Shown here in pieces: positions 26,887-39,749 of a stretch of DNA of 64,000 nucleotides. Made by a program: the position numbers and the translations under genes. This DNA comes from the human T2T-CHM13v2.0 reference genome, Homo sapiens: assembly GCF_009914755.1 (NCBI RefSeq), contig NC_060926.1; one strand, 5' to 3'. Positions within the stretch are counted from its first letter, which is position 1; every line of letters begins with the position of its first letter. The notes under the pieces are model-generated. The model saw nothing but the letters and a program-made list of their open reading frames with translations, searched no databases and was not told the DNA's origin.

Positions 26887-28059
26887 CTCTGCCTCCATAG
26901 ATATGTAATAAAAGATGACTGTCATATTTGTAATTTTCTTGAGAATATTTTGACACAATTCATTTATCCCTTTGAGAACAAAAGGAAAGCAAATGGTTTT
27001 AACTGTCTGTGTTTGGCATCTTAACATGAAAACAAAGTAATAGGTTTTTTTCCATGAAACAAGGTATAATAACAATTGAGCTGTTAGCTGACAATTATTC
27101 TGCTAGTCAGGAGAAAATTATTAATAAATTATTGGTTGAAAAACAAAGATAGGTAGAATAAATTTCAAAATGGATAAATGCATTGAAAACATCTGGAAAT
27201 CAGGATTCATTTTGTCAATGAGTATTCATTATAAAGCAAGTCAAAGAGTTACAAACTACATTTATGATGTCTTCACTTACAGTTTCAGAACTGCTGCCAT
27301 GGAATTAGCTTCTCTACTATTCATGACGCAGCAGGAAGGTTGTCCCATACTTCATATCTTTGAAATTCTCCTGTCCACAGCTGAAGTCTACAAACACTAA
27401 ATTGACTTTGTACTGCTGTGTCAACAGCATGGCTGGAATACTTGGCAACACTGCCTATTTTCTTTCAGAATGCAAAAGAAAATGCTGGACTCTTCAATTC
27501 TAGACAGTAAGGATATAGTTAGTCAAACTCACCTGTGACCTAGATGTACGGAAAAATTTTATATAGATAAGGAACTATTCTGTGTATGATTTGTTGGTCA
27601 TAAAAGGCTGTTGTCATGGACTCCCACCTATTTCTAAATCTAGCTCTTGCTTCTATTATAACTGAATCAAATGACTAAATTCATAAAGAAGTGTAAGCAT
27701 AATAATCCTTGACAGCAGCAACCTTTTCACAAAGTTACTTTGGAATGTGGAATATCTAAAGAGAAAATAAAGAAAATAAACATCTGGAGGCACACACTGA
27801 AATATCTGTTCTTCTCAACTTCATTTATAAAGCTTGACAAAGATAATAGTCTTTCACAATTACTGCTCCTGATGGGTGCCAGAATTCTTCGAAAATCAAA
27901 GGCATGGATCTCTGAGTTTAAGATATCTGGATTCTCTAACAGTTGCATAAGAATTTCTAGAGGGACTTCATCAGAAATAGACTTCTTAAGCTTCCTTTTC
28001 TGAATATGTTTTGGGTCAATAATACATTATTATTTTTCCCTCTCAGAAGACAGTTCATA

Positions 28060-28257
28060 GTGAGAGTCCATCTCTACAAAAAAATTAAGAATAAAAATAA
28101 GCTGAGTGTGGTAGTGCACACCTGTAGTCCTAGCTACTCAGAGGGCTGAGGAGGGAGGATCACCTGGGCCCAGGAAGTCAAGGTTGCAGTGAGCTATGAT
28201 CATGTCACTTCACTCCATCCTGGGCAACAGAGCAGACCTTGTCTCCAAAAATAAAAA
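28060..28257 (+). mobile_element. 5'-truncated AluJ (right arm)
   Basis: A-rich linker followed by gcacacctgtagtcctagctactc...gcagtgagctatgatc...ctgggcaacagagc. Confidence 0.85.
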
Positions 28258-29962
28258 GGACATTTTAGCAAAAATTTAACACGATTATATTGACACAACA
28301 TATAATCAGAAAAGTAAATGATTTCTATCAGAGGCTACCAAAAATACAAAAATAAGATCACAAAGAAGTTGTTCTTATCTAGTTGAAAGTCCAGTATCCT
28401 CTAACCTCTAACCAAGATAAGTCTGTTTTTATGAATCATTGCAAATCATGTTCATCTCATCACAATCAATAAGTGAGACCCATATGGCCAGGTAAAATGT
28501 GGGAAGAATAACACTCTATAAAATGAGGCATATTTTCAGGGAAGGATAACTACATCTCTAAGCATGAGTTAAATAACATCATACAGTTTCTAAGCCTTAA
28601 AAGAAGAACGAATGGATGTTTCTCCAAAATGTAATCTAATTATGTAATATAATTTCAAGAGGCCCCTGGCCAGGCAGTTGGGTATTAACATAGATGTCTA
28701 GATATTGCATGAGAAAAATACCTCATGGCTTAAGAGACCGTGAAGCCTTAACAAACCTTCCTCTTTCGTCTACAGAGATACATGAGCAACAAGAATCCAA
28801 AATTGCAAAATCTCTTTCATATTTCCATACGGTCCATCAGGCATTTTTTCAAAATCAAACTCCCAAGCAAGATGCACTTTATGTACTCAACATGTTTATT
28901 GGAGCAGCTTTGAAATATGTAGTCTGTAAGATACATCACAATCAACAAGTGAGACCTACGTTACCGCTTCTTTCCAGAAGAACGCATGTGCTCAAAACCA
29001 AGTTGCTGTTAAAGTGAAAGCAAATCTCTTAGGTGGTGATGAGCAAATAAGGAGTCCAATTTCACTTTTTATCTAGATCAAATACATCAGCAGACACTCA
29101 GAAATGGTCAAGGACAGGCTCAAGGACAACGAGTAACTTGCCCAGTGTAGAAGAACTTTCCATATTTGAGAGCTTGAGAAAGACGTGTAGAGATGGGGAA
29201 GACTACACTGAAGAGTGCAGCATGGCACTGTTATAATCAGCAGATCAGAGTTCTAGACTGGTTAGCATTAGGGAAAATGGCATGGTCAAAACTCTGTCTC
29301 AATATTATCAGATCAAGGTCAGCGTCATATTGGTCCTATGGCATCCATACAAGAAAGAGATGATGATCTGTCACTCCATATATGAAACGGGAGGCTTTTA
29401 AAGCTTACTAGTCATAAACAACTTACCTCCCGACTCATTTCATCAGTGAAGCTTTCAATGTTGAACATTCATAAATGAATATATTGCCCACATGTGCACC
29501 ACTTCCAGCCTAAATCTTCTTTGGATAAGTAACCTGTTACCATGAATATAAAGAAGAGTTTCATTTAAATTTAATTTGGTCCCTTAGAAATAAGAGACTA
29601 AATGTTCCAACTTTTAGAAAGGATTCAAATAAGATATTTTCATTTTGCTAATTTTTAGAGTTCTTGTTATACCAAAAAGAAAAGCCCCTCTGATTTCTTA
29701 GGTTAGACATGGGTAAAGGAGAAAGGTATTAATACGTGAAGCAATCCATATAATAGTATAAGAAGGGTGTTATGGTCTTGCATCATATGAGGAAATGATA
29801 TGGGCTAGAAATTCTAAAAGACTCTTTTTACATATATGGTTGGAGGGATGGTAAAGTTAATAAATTTGTGGTTTGCCGTAGTCTATCTACTGCAGTCATT
29901 TTTGGGAAATAGTTACCACGAATGCAAGGTATAGTTAAATCAAGGTATTTCTTCCCTCATAG

Positions 29963-30075
29963 GTGGCGGACGTGTGAAAATTGAGAGTGTAAAACTAGAT
30001 TTCAAAGAAAAGGCCCAAGCTAAAGTTGGTTCTCTTGATAATGCTCATCATGTACCTGGAGGTGGTAATGTCAAG
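29963..30075 (+). CDS. MAP2: MAP2 exon encoding the last repeat ([37 protein letters not shown])
   Basis: AG at 29961-29962, AAG|GTAAGA donor at 30076, 113 nt. KVGS and PGGG motifs; equivalent to MAPT exon 12. Confidence 0.97.
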
Positions 30076-30295
30076 GTAAGAAACAAGGTTATGAGCCAAT
30101 CTTGTCTTTTTTAAAAAAAATTCTTCTGAAATACTCTTCATCAAAATAGGTCCCAGACTGTAGACCTGGACAAATAAGAAGTGGGGATAACAGAGGTGAA
30201 TAGAAGTCATTAATGTCAGCCCTGGGAGATGGAGAAAGAGGTAGGGGCCAGTTAAGATGCATGAGTTAACGAGGACTGATGCTTGTCTTAAACAG

Positions 30296-30511
30296 ATTGA
30301 CAGCCAAAAGTTGAACTTCAGAGAGCATGCTAAAGCCCGTGTGGACCATGGGGCTGAGATCATTACACAGTCCCCAGGCAGATCCAGCGTGGCATCACCC
30401 CGACGACTCAGCAATGTCTCCTCGTCTGGAAGCATCAACCTGCTCGAATCTCCTCAGCTTGCCACTTTGGCTGAGGATGTCACTGCTGCACTCGCTAAGC
30501 AGGGCTTGTGA
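30296..30511 (+). CDS. MAP2: MAP2 terminal coding exon ([22 protein letters not shown]...[14 protein letters not shown])
   Basis: CAG acceptor at 30293-30295, inside ORF 30257-30511. C-terminus LAKQGL is shared with tau; TGA at 30509-30511. Confidence 0.97.
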   Translation: MDSQKLNFREHAKARVDHGAEIITQSPGRSSVASPRRLSNVSSSGSINLLESPQLATLAEDVTAALAKQGL

Positions 30512-31332
30512 ATATTTCTCATTTAGCATTGAAATAATAATATTTAGGCATGAGCTCTTGGCAGGAGTGGGCTCTGAGCAGTTGTTATATTCATTCTTTA
30601 TAAACCATAAAATAAATAATCTCATCCCCAAACTGTAGTAATTGTTACAATTTTCTATTTAAAAAATGAATAGTACATGCAGAAATTGACCTGATTTCCA
30701 TTTGCAACAGGAAGACACTGGCTTTACATGGGTTCAATTGGACAATTATTTTTGCTCTGCTCTGTTTTGCATGGAGTATTATTATTTTAAAAATTGCATT
30801 TTTACCTTTCATGTGCCTGAAGGCTATCCACTACATTCTGAAGGCCTTGTTAAAATCCAAGCTGCTCATTTCACTATTCTGTTTCTGAGTGAGAAGATAA
30901 AAACTGCCCATTGTAACTTATTTCAGGTTAAATTAAACCAAGGAGTCTGATTGCAGGAAGGGAAGAGCATGTAAGAAATAAGTTTTTTTAAAGTGTTATT
31001 TTGTATAAATGGGAAGAAAGATTCAATTAAGTTATTAACATTTGGGACCTGGATAATTATATCAGAGTATGTCAGTCCAATAAATTATTTAACTAATTAA
31101 AAAATAGTTGCAAAGCATTTGAGCTGTGGTTGAGGAAGTGGTGTAAAAGTGCATCCATTAGGAATGATGCACTTTCATTAGGATGGACTCGTGTCTGATT
31201 AGAATGTCAGTTGATCAGCTAGATTTGTGTCCACACTACCAGTTTCACACCCCCTTTCCATCTGTTTGATACAGTATTATAGATATAAATATATATATAT
31301 TTCTCTGTGGCCATTTGTGATACTTCCTCATA

Positions 31333-31340
31333 TACTTGAA
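31333..31340 (+). promoter_or_regulatory. miR-26 8mer seed match in the MAP2 3'UTR
   Basis: TACTTGAA is complementary to the miR-26 seed UCAAGUA plus A1. MAP2 is a reported miR-26a target (from recall). Confidence 0.6.
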
Positions 31341-33574
31341 TATTATACTTCTTTATTCACAGTATCTGTGTCTCCTGCACCCTTTGGTGTTGCAATTTTA
31401 GATATGTGAAAGTAGATGTTAGCAGGGTTCTCTCCCTATTTAAAAAAAATACATTAAAAAAGACAAAAAATTTTAGCATGAAGTTGCTTTCTGTAACAAC
31501 TCAAAGCCGTAACCCTGTTTTAGTGCCAGATACAAGTCTCTCCCGTGATGCTAGACAAAAAATTATTTTTCTTTGCTTTCACCAACATGGAGTTTGTGGG
31601 GGTGGGTCCAGTTATACATGAAAGGGTTTACAGATTGTTGGTTTAAGATTATGGATTTATCTCATTTTTAATCACAGGATAGTTTGGGGTTTATTCCTAT
31701 TATTATTCATGAAACCGACTTAAGATTTTTTCTTTATTTTTCTTTTTTTTTCCATTTGCTAAAGTTGAAAGTTGAAACTAACTATAATAGTTTGAAACAT
31801 GTTTTCTCATTTTTCCAAATAGTATCTGTTTATTAAATTCTCTAATAGAAGATGTTTGTCTTTCTTACCCAAAGTAAAGATCCCCTGATCAGAAAGAAAA
31901 AATACAATACTTTGGGAAGCTATAGCTATAAAACACTTGAGACACAGATATCTAAATCAGTTTTTTTCCAAGACTCCAACATTGCACTCTGTAAAGTAAC
32001 ACACTGTGATCTAGTATTATTTATCAGTAGATAATACTGTTCTGACTGTATATACAGTCTAGAACTCACAAATCAATTAGTTCCTCTCACAAATCATTCA
32101 TCTTAGACTTACAAATAAGGAATGAAATAGTCAATGGCCTGATTAAGGCAAAGAGCTACCAGGCTAGATGGACACTTTTTAAAAATTTTATCTGTTCTTT
32201 TTCTTGCTCAGGGCTGGTAGGTTGGATCTGAACCATTAAAATCAAATGGTCCACTAGGCGTATGATCTCTTTGAGCCAAATCAGTTCCTGAATATAAAGG
32301 AGGAAATGATGAGGATGTACTGAGGCAACGGGGAAGTATAGAAACATCCAAGACAAAAGCCAAGGGATGCAAAGGCAGAGACACAGGTGCTTTTTGGTGA
32401 CCCAGTGGATATGGCAACCAGTGTAACTGCCATACAAGAAACCCTAGGAGCAAACCCACACCACTCATTCTCAGCTAAGAGATTTTACACAGGCAAACGT
32501 GTCTTAAACCATCTATAAATCAGTTATTTTATATGACAGTCAAAACCTTAGAAACCTTAGGATCATTATATCTATTTTCTGCCTATTAATTGCTGTGAGG
32601 TTTGATTTGACCAATCTGGGCAATTTATTCATCAGCTTCCCTTGAAGTGCACCAGAAAATAGAAGAAAGGTGTGTGGAGACTTAGGGTATTTTATTACAT
32701 GTTTTCATAGTCTTAAATAGTGATTAAATTTCTCTAGAAAGAAGTTAACAGCTCATTAGAAAAGTTTTAACCTGTGAAATAAGTATTTTTCTCAACATTC
32801 TTTAAAGTTTTTATATAAGTTAACACTAGGTAAACATTCTGCATACTAGAAGTCAGTTTATTACAAATACATGTCAAAAATAAAGATTATACAAGGCACC
32901 AAACTACTAGATTTGGCATTAAAACAAATGTTTATTTCTAATCACAACAAAATTATAATGAATAAATGTTCTTGCTTTGTATGGAAATACAATTCTTTAT
33001 TAAAGTTAACAGAAAGGAACTGATCGTTTGTACCAGTAAAAGAGAGAAACACACAGGTTAAATATCTTCTTGTGGGGTTAAGGGGTAGAACCTATCTTGC
33101 CTTCACTCTCAAGATAACGACTCAAATTAAGCTTTTTGAGCACCACTCTTGTGGGGACACACATACGCTGATCTAGGAATGAAATCTTCGTGGTCTCAAT
33201 TCTAGATCTACTATGCCAGTTTCTCTCTGGCTTTAGCCTTTGAGAACCTGTATAAGAATACGTAAGTAATCCAGAGCTGTGAAGAGTTTAAAGGCCAACT
33301 TCTCCAGTGAACTCAACCTCTGGGTCACTTGCAACCAGAAATTGGATACCTCATAATGATGCAGGAAAGACCCGAGTTCATGATGAGTTTCAAAGGCCAC
33401 GTTCATTTAGGAACCAACTCTCTCTGGATTTACCTGCTGAGTTCCAGCAGCGTGATGGGCTGACATCCCACCTACAAGTATGACACCTGTGTAACACCAG
33501 CTAGGTACGGCTGGAGAAGGCTGAAGAGAGAATGCCATTAAATGGAAGAATGTACTGATTGTAGTGACCTTCTC

Positions 33575-33602
<28 letters not shown>
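33575..33602. repeat. (CA)14 microsatellite inside the MAP2 3'UTR
   Basis: Read directly from the sequence. Confidence 0.95.
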
Positions 33603-33606
<4 letters not shown>

Positions 33607-34200
33607 CAGTAATACAGCAAGCGTGGAATAATCAGCCAATATATAACATTCCATCAGTATTTTATTAAGGAAATAACCTGAATGTGGTTGATTTTGACAT
33701 AGCTGCAATTACAGTTTTCTTCTATTTTTCAAGCCACAATAAGGAAAATAAACTACTCATGGTCTAAATACTAGAGATAAAGTAGATTCATGGCTTGGTA
33801 AGGAAATTTTAAGCATTCCTTCAAAGATTGACGTGCTAAAATAAGCATTGATGTTTTGAGTTTTTTTACACCTAGGATTTTTAGCTTGGGTGTGTAGGTG
33901 AAGGCCAAGACTCTCTGCAGGAAAAAGCTTATTTTCAAACTCAGAAAATAAAATGTCAATCATAAAAATCTACTTCAACTTTAGCAAAAAGAAAAAAAAA
34001 TCAACAAAAAGTATACTCTGTATGCTGGGATTCCGAGGTTCCAACACACTGTTACAAATCTGTGGGGGGTTTCTTTCTTCTGATAATTCTAGAGCCTGTT
34101 ACCATAGAAAGGCATTTCTTCAATGGCTGGTTGTAGTTAGTTCATGTTTTTCAATCAAATTTGCAAATGTATTTGTTGCTGTATAGTGATTGTTTTGCAA

Positions 34201-34250
34201 AATAAAATTGCTTGTCACCTAACTGCTAGTTTTGGTTTCAGACTGTTTAA
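34201..34250 (+). terminator. Distal polyadenylation signal of MAP2
   Basis: AATAAA at 34201-34206, TGTA motifs just upstream, and a GT/T-rich downstream element (TAGTTTTGGTTTCAGACTGTTT). Repeats resume shortly after. Confidence 0.75.
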
Positions 34251-34449
34251 TTGCTTCTCCTCTGGAAAAAAAATTTTATATATATATATAGTGATATAGT
34301 GCGTGTGTGTGTGCATGTGTGTAATACAACCAAAGAAAAATTGTGAAAACAAGGCTATTATTATGGCTGAGTTTCTATTATGTGTCAGGCTCTATACTAA
34401 ATGATTTTATATTAGCTCAATTAATAAGGAAATTTATTTTTATCACTAC

Positions 34450-34990
34450 TGTATTAGCAGGATGCTATCTTTTGCAAGTGACAGAAATTCTAATTAAACG
34501 GGCTTAAACGTAAAGGTGAATTTGTAGGCTCAAGTAACTGACTACTCAGGTGTATCTGCCTCAGGCATGGCTGGGTCCAGGCCCTCAAACGACGTCATCA
34601 GGAATCTTCCCTTTTCCAACTTTTAGTTTTGCATCCTCTGTGTTGGCTTCCTTCTCAGGCAGGCACCCCTTCCGTGATGGGCACCAGAAGCTCCAGATTT
34701 CACAACCTATCAAAGAAAGCCCCTTTACAGTAGCTCAAATCCAGGGTCTGAAAATCACTGAACGATTAATACTTGGATCTCCTGCCTACTTATGCTAATT
34801 GACCAGGATTGGCTCACGTACCCAACTCTGTCACAGGTGGTTGGAGTAGAAGGAGAATAAGGGGAGAAGTGGCTTTATTCTCCTCCATACTACCTGAGCT
34901 AATCGTGGAGAGGAAACGTTTCCCCCAAAGTTAATTCAGGCTACTCCTGCCAGAAGAGAGGAATTGATACTGTACAGGCCACAAAAACAA
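34450..34990. mobile_element. Old MLT1 (MaLR) LTR
   Basis: tgtattag...ttgcaagtgacagaaa...ggcttaaac...ggctcaagtaactga...tcaggcatggctgggtccag motifs. Confidence 0.6.
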
Positions 34991-37900
34991 ATACGTGGTA
35001 TAGCTGCACCCCTGTTCATCTTTTAGCTCCTTACAGCTCAGATTATGCTCAGGCTTCACCAGGGAGCTTGATAGAAATACAAATTTCTGGACTCCACCCC
35101 AGACTAACTAACTAACATTCCTCCAGGTGATTCATCTGCACTCAAAAATTTGAGAAACACTAAGCTCATTCAGTCCCTGCTAATGTGTTTAAGGAGAAAG
35201 AGCTCCGTTGCAGGTCTCTAATGGATAAAAGTTATCCCAAAGACTATTTGAGACAGCATCCCTACCTCTGATGTCAAACTAGGAACCAAGGCATAGAAAG
35301 CTGTGACTGGTAAAAGAAATACTTATGTGTGTATTAGAGGTTTTCCAGCCCTCAGACTATTTTAACTTGGCTAAAACCTACTTCTCTTATTAATGGCATC
35401 ACTTCTCATTCAGTCTCCTTTTGCTAATAATGCAGATTTTGTAGAACCTAGCAAGAATTATTAGTGTATCTCTAATAATTCCTTAAAATCAGCACACATG
35501 TTGTCCTTCAGAGTCTTCAAACCATGAGGATTAAATTTGTCCAGTAGCATGAATCACCATAAAATTGTTGATTTTCTTTTTTATTTGTTAACAAGGCAAG
35601 GAAAGGTTTATTTGCCTTGACAAGAGACAACCGTAAATAATGGAGGATGACAGGATAACATTCAGTGTAACTTACAGAAAGATAAATGTTCCTCTTCTTG
35701 TTTATGATGTGGCACTTCCTTGTAGACCTGAGACTTCAAGAATTTAGGGCTAGAAAATTGTCAAAAGTATACAGTCTAGCAACCTAAAATTGTTTCAAAA
35801 TATTAAGCCCTTCACTCGACTTTCTTGAGCATGATAAAGCAGCATCATGGACACACTCTTTAAAGCCCTTTTTCCACCTCTCATGCCTTTCCCTCACAAA
35901 TATGCCTCAGCTGTTTCCACTTCTACTCCCTTAAATTCCAAGACAATCTCTGTCCCAGGCCTCAGTTGAGGTAATAAACCTGTGGCCTCCAGATAGGCTT
36001 TATTTGGCCTGCAAACTGTTTTCAAATTTCAGAAACTTCACATGCACACACACACATCCCAGATTTGGATCTTCGCTCTTGGTGACCATTGACCAGAGCT
36101 GTCCATGGGTACCTCTGAGATGGGGTTTATTCCCTTGACTTGGCCACCATGCCCAGCTAGGCTTATTATTTTCTCCCACCCCTCTGCTTTCACTCATTAC
36201 GATAAGCATTAAACTACAGATTTAGAGTTTGTAACCCTTGACCTAGGCACACTTGTCTTTCTCGCCAATATTTTCCTCATCCTATAAAACAAAAGTCCAA
36301 AATCCTAGAGCCCCTAATCCTAGAGCCAGGGAGTTAGGGAGGTTAGATTAGAATCCTCAGGGTGACAGAGAACTGGGAACACCAATATTTATAGCTTTTG
36401 TCCTGTCTCAAAAAAAAAAAAAAGCAGGGGGAAAAAGACCTTTAAGAAGCACATTTATTTCATAGCAGCAACTGTTAATGTCCATGATAAACATATTTAA
36501 GTTTCTGCACACCCCTTATACTTATTCCTAAATCAAGGGAAAAAAAACTGCAGTGGAGTTTGTTTCCTTGTCGTGCCACCTATGATAAAGATCTTATTGT
36601 CAAGTGAGAAATGACAAAAACTATTGTCTTACTCTGTAGGACTGAACATATAGGATACTTGCCTATTCCTTTTAGGAACAAAGAAAGGCATAGCTAGGAA
36701 ACGCTCTAGCCTAGACAAGCCAATGTTCTTGAACCCAAGGCTGATCTTCAGGCAATATACATGTTATTTAATTGAATAAGTTGTTACAATATTGAAAGAC
36801 TTGCTGCCCAAGCCTCCTCCGCCTTACCAATGCCCACATTGGCCACCCAAACCTATTCTTCTGTGCTCCACAGATGTCCTCTGATTCCAGCATATACAAA
36901 CGGACAGCAGAAGGCCTTCAAAATCCTGCTCTAGTCCCCTCAAAAGTCCTGGCTTCCAGGCATCACCAATGGCTACTGTCCCCCAAAGGCTCCTGAGAAC
37001 TAGCTCGTGCCTTACAAACTGTTGCAAGAAGCCCAGATGGGCAGCACAGAAGGTCTACACTGGCACCTAGCAGCCTGCTTTCCTGCCAGACAGCCTGCCA
37101 CAGCTCTTATTTGCCTACCCCATCCCTGCATTACACACCCCCAACCAAGTCAGAAGGAGATTGGAACCCCCCCAGAGGAGATAGTGCCTTTAGTGACATG
37201 CTGGTAGGTAAATACCTGGTGCACATGTAATTATACCTTGAATATGGTCACCTGTTGTCAGTCGCTAATCCCCTAAGAACCTCTCTCATGTAGTTGCTTA
37301 TGAAAACTAGTCACCACAGGGCTTGAATTCTTAGCATAGTATAAAAGATGGACAACAGGAACTAGGGGGGTAATACAGGTTGCTGAGGCCACAAACAGAA
37401 GGATGTTGTCATAGATAGGCTAGCCTATGGGATGATTTGGGCTAACAGATGTCTAAGGTAAGGAGTTTTTATGGTCCATGTTAATAGTCACCTCCATTTT
37501 AAACCCCCAAAGCCCAACTGATGTGGGTATTAACACTTTTAATTTTATTCTTATTTAGTGATTGTGCCAGGCATCCTTAAAAACATATATTAACTCCTAA
37601 TAGTACTGCATTTGTCAGCATCACCATTTTACAGATGAGGAAACTGGGGCTTAGGTCATTTAAAACTTAATGGCAGAGCTAGAATTTTAACCCAAGCAGC
37701 CCAATAATAGATGTTTCATGTAGTGGATTAGGTTTAACCTAATTAAATATTCTAATAAACCATTTTTATGACAGTTAGTAATGATATCAAATACAAGGTG
37801 TATAATACCTTATTATATCTCAGTATTACAAGGGCTAGAAAAATGTTCATATATTTGCTATTTAGCAAAGGTTAAACAGGTTTATGAATAATAAATATCA

Positions 37901-39749
37901 TTTACATAAAGAGAAATGCTTTTTTTCAAATAAATAAATACAAGTCATCCAATGACAATCAATTTGAAATCATTGGAAGTATTTTATGTGGTTCTCTGCA
38001 TCGTCATGGCTTGTACAAAAAAAAAATCTAGCAAGTGACATCTAAGTCAAGCAAAGATCAACCAAAAATTTCTAAAATTCAACAATTTATTTGGAAATTT
38101 CTAGGAAAATTGTATAAGCTATTTTTACTACAACACACATCACTCAATAAGCAGTCTTATAATTCATATTGTTTAGAGAATAAAAGCAAGTTTTCTGGTA
38201 TATGTGTTAACTTATAATAGTGTACCAGCCACTAAATATTTTAACATCACCCTTGCTTCCAGCCTCATTATAAGCATGACATGTCACTTAGATTTTCCTT
38301 ATGAAAACAAGGATCTGCAGTTCACAGCATAAAATATGAGAATACCCGATTAAGCCTTAGATGTGGAATGCACACGTCAGACAGTCTTGTTGAATTTTGG
38401 TAATATTAGTAAACAAAAATATGCTGATATTCATTAGCATCAGAAAACTAAGACACAAGCCAAGGGGACTTCTCAGCCATTTTTCTGCTTCAAAAGCACA
38501 AAAAGCAGAAAGCACTCATTATGTGAATACCAGAGTAACAATATTTCATCTTTACTTGTGTAATGAGAATGTTGAACAAGCATGACTCATATGAATTTTG
38601 ATCAAAACACAAATTTATTTCTGTCTCTCACAGTTCCTTTAAACATCCTACTGAATGGTGAAAGAAATTTTCCCCTGCCTCAAGCTGAAGACTTGGTCAA
38701 ACCTATGGCTTTTTAGGCACTCTCAGATCATAAAATTATTTGGTTATAAAAAGAAGTCTCGATTATAAAGTGTCTCATTTCAGACATTAAAATGTCCAAT
38801 GCACGAAATAATGAAAACGCGTAAGATCTATACCATGGATTTGCCTTCAGGCTGCAAGCCTGCATTGAGATTGGGGCATAGTTATCTGTTTCCTTCTCTA
38901 TGGACTCACTTTTTTCCCCTGCTGACAGGTGCTGGGTTTGCTCCCTTCAGAGATAAAACTTGGGGAGTAAGAAAAAGTAAGGAGAGGTCTTACTTGATTG
39001 GGGGTGGTGCACTCCATGACTGTGGTGGCTTAAGCAGATCTTTTCTCTTTTTCATTGGGCATCCAGTGATAGACCTTCAGCCTCTTTCTACTGAGGCATC
39101 TAGCCCATCTAGGCAGTCCTACTGGACAGGACCCAAGGTGTCTGTCTCCAGCTCTCTCTCCCACCTATCTCTCACCTGACCTGCATGTGTTACCTACCCT
39201 AATAATTCTATTGGAGGCAGATCCCAACTCAGCAGCACTCTTCAGACCTGCCAGTCAGAGCCATCAGCTTCCTCTAGCTACTAGATTTCTCCAGCCTGAA
39301 AAATCTCGTGTCTACCAACATCCGTGTCCCCCAACTCCACGGAACACATTTCAATGCTTTCCAAGTAGTCCTTTTAAATCACTTTATTAAACTTAGGATA
39401 GGAAGGTAGCACCCCCCTACGCCTCCCCCAAAAGAGAAGTGTGACCCACAGACAACGTGGGGAATCCCTTATCAGTCGCCTCTCACCAAATCCCACTCTA
39501 TCCCATTTTTGTGTCTTTTATCTGATAGAAACAAATCTTTGATATCATTTCCTGTGTCCATCTGCACATGGGAAGGGGCAATTTTTCACTCTCTTTTTTG
39601 TGACCTGATGTTAATCAGGCCAGCCCCTCAGTAGATTCTCACATGAAAAGAATCTTGTTTTAACATCTTGTTGCAGTTGTCTTTTCCACACTTTTGGCTA
39701 GAGTGGTCTCATAATGTCTGGACCCTTTTAAACAGAAAACAAACAAAAA

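Larger units (their letters stand above)
30512..34220 (+). other. MAP2: MAP2 long 3'UTR (~3.7 kb)
   Basis: AU-rich stretch after the stop with no interspersed repeat that I can recognise, ending at a poly(A) signal with downstream GU/U-rich sequence. A long MAP2 3'UTR is established. The exact end is approximate. Confidence 0.8.

Noticed and set aside
28694-29017. 107-aa intronic ORF, considered as a saitohin-like nested gene
   Set aside because: No homology or coding bias that I can recognise, and this length occurs by chance in 64 kb.
29995-30438. 147-aa antisense ORF across the last MAP2 exons
   Set aside because: It is a shadow of coding exons plus intron sequence, with no recognisable domain or independent promoter/splice support.
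30327-30638. 103-aa alternative-frame ORF overlapping the stop and 3'UTR
   Set aside because: An internal out-of-frame ATG deep in the mRNA with no plausible initiation route.
36301-36327. Direct repeat AATCCTAGAGCC x2
   Set aside because: A short slippage duplication with no further structure.
38799-39390. 126-aa and 67-aa intergenic ORFs
   Set aside because: No recognisable protein features; the region looks like a decayed LTR-type relic that I cannot name with confidence.
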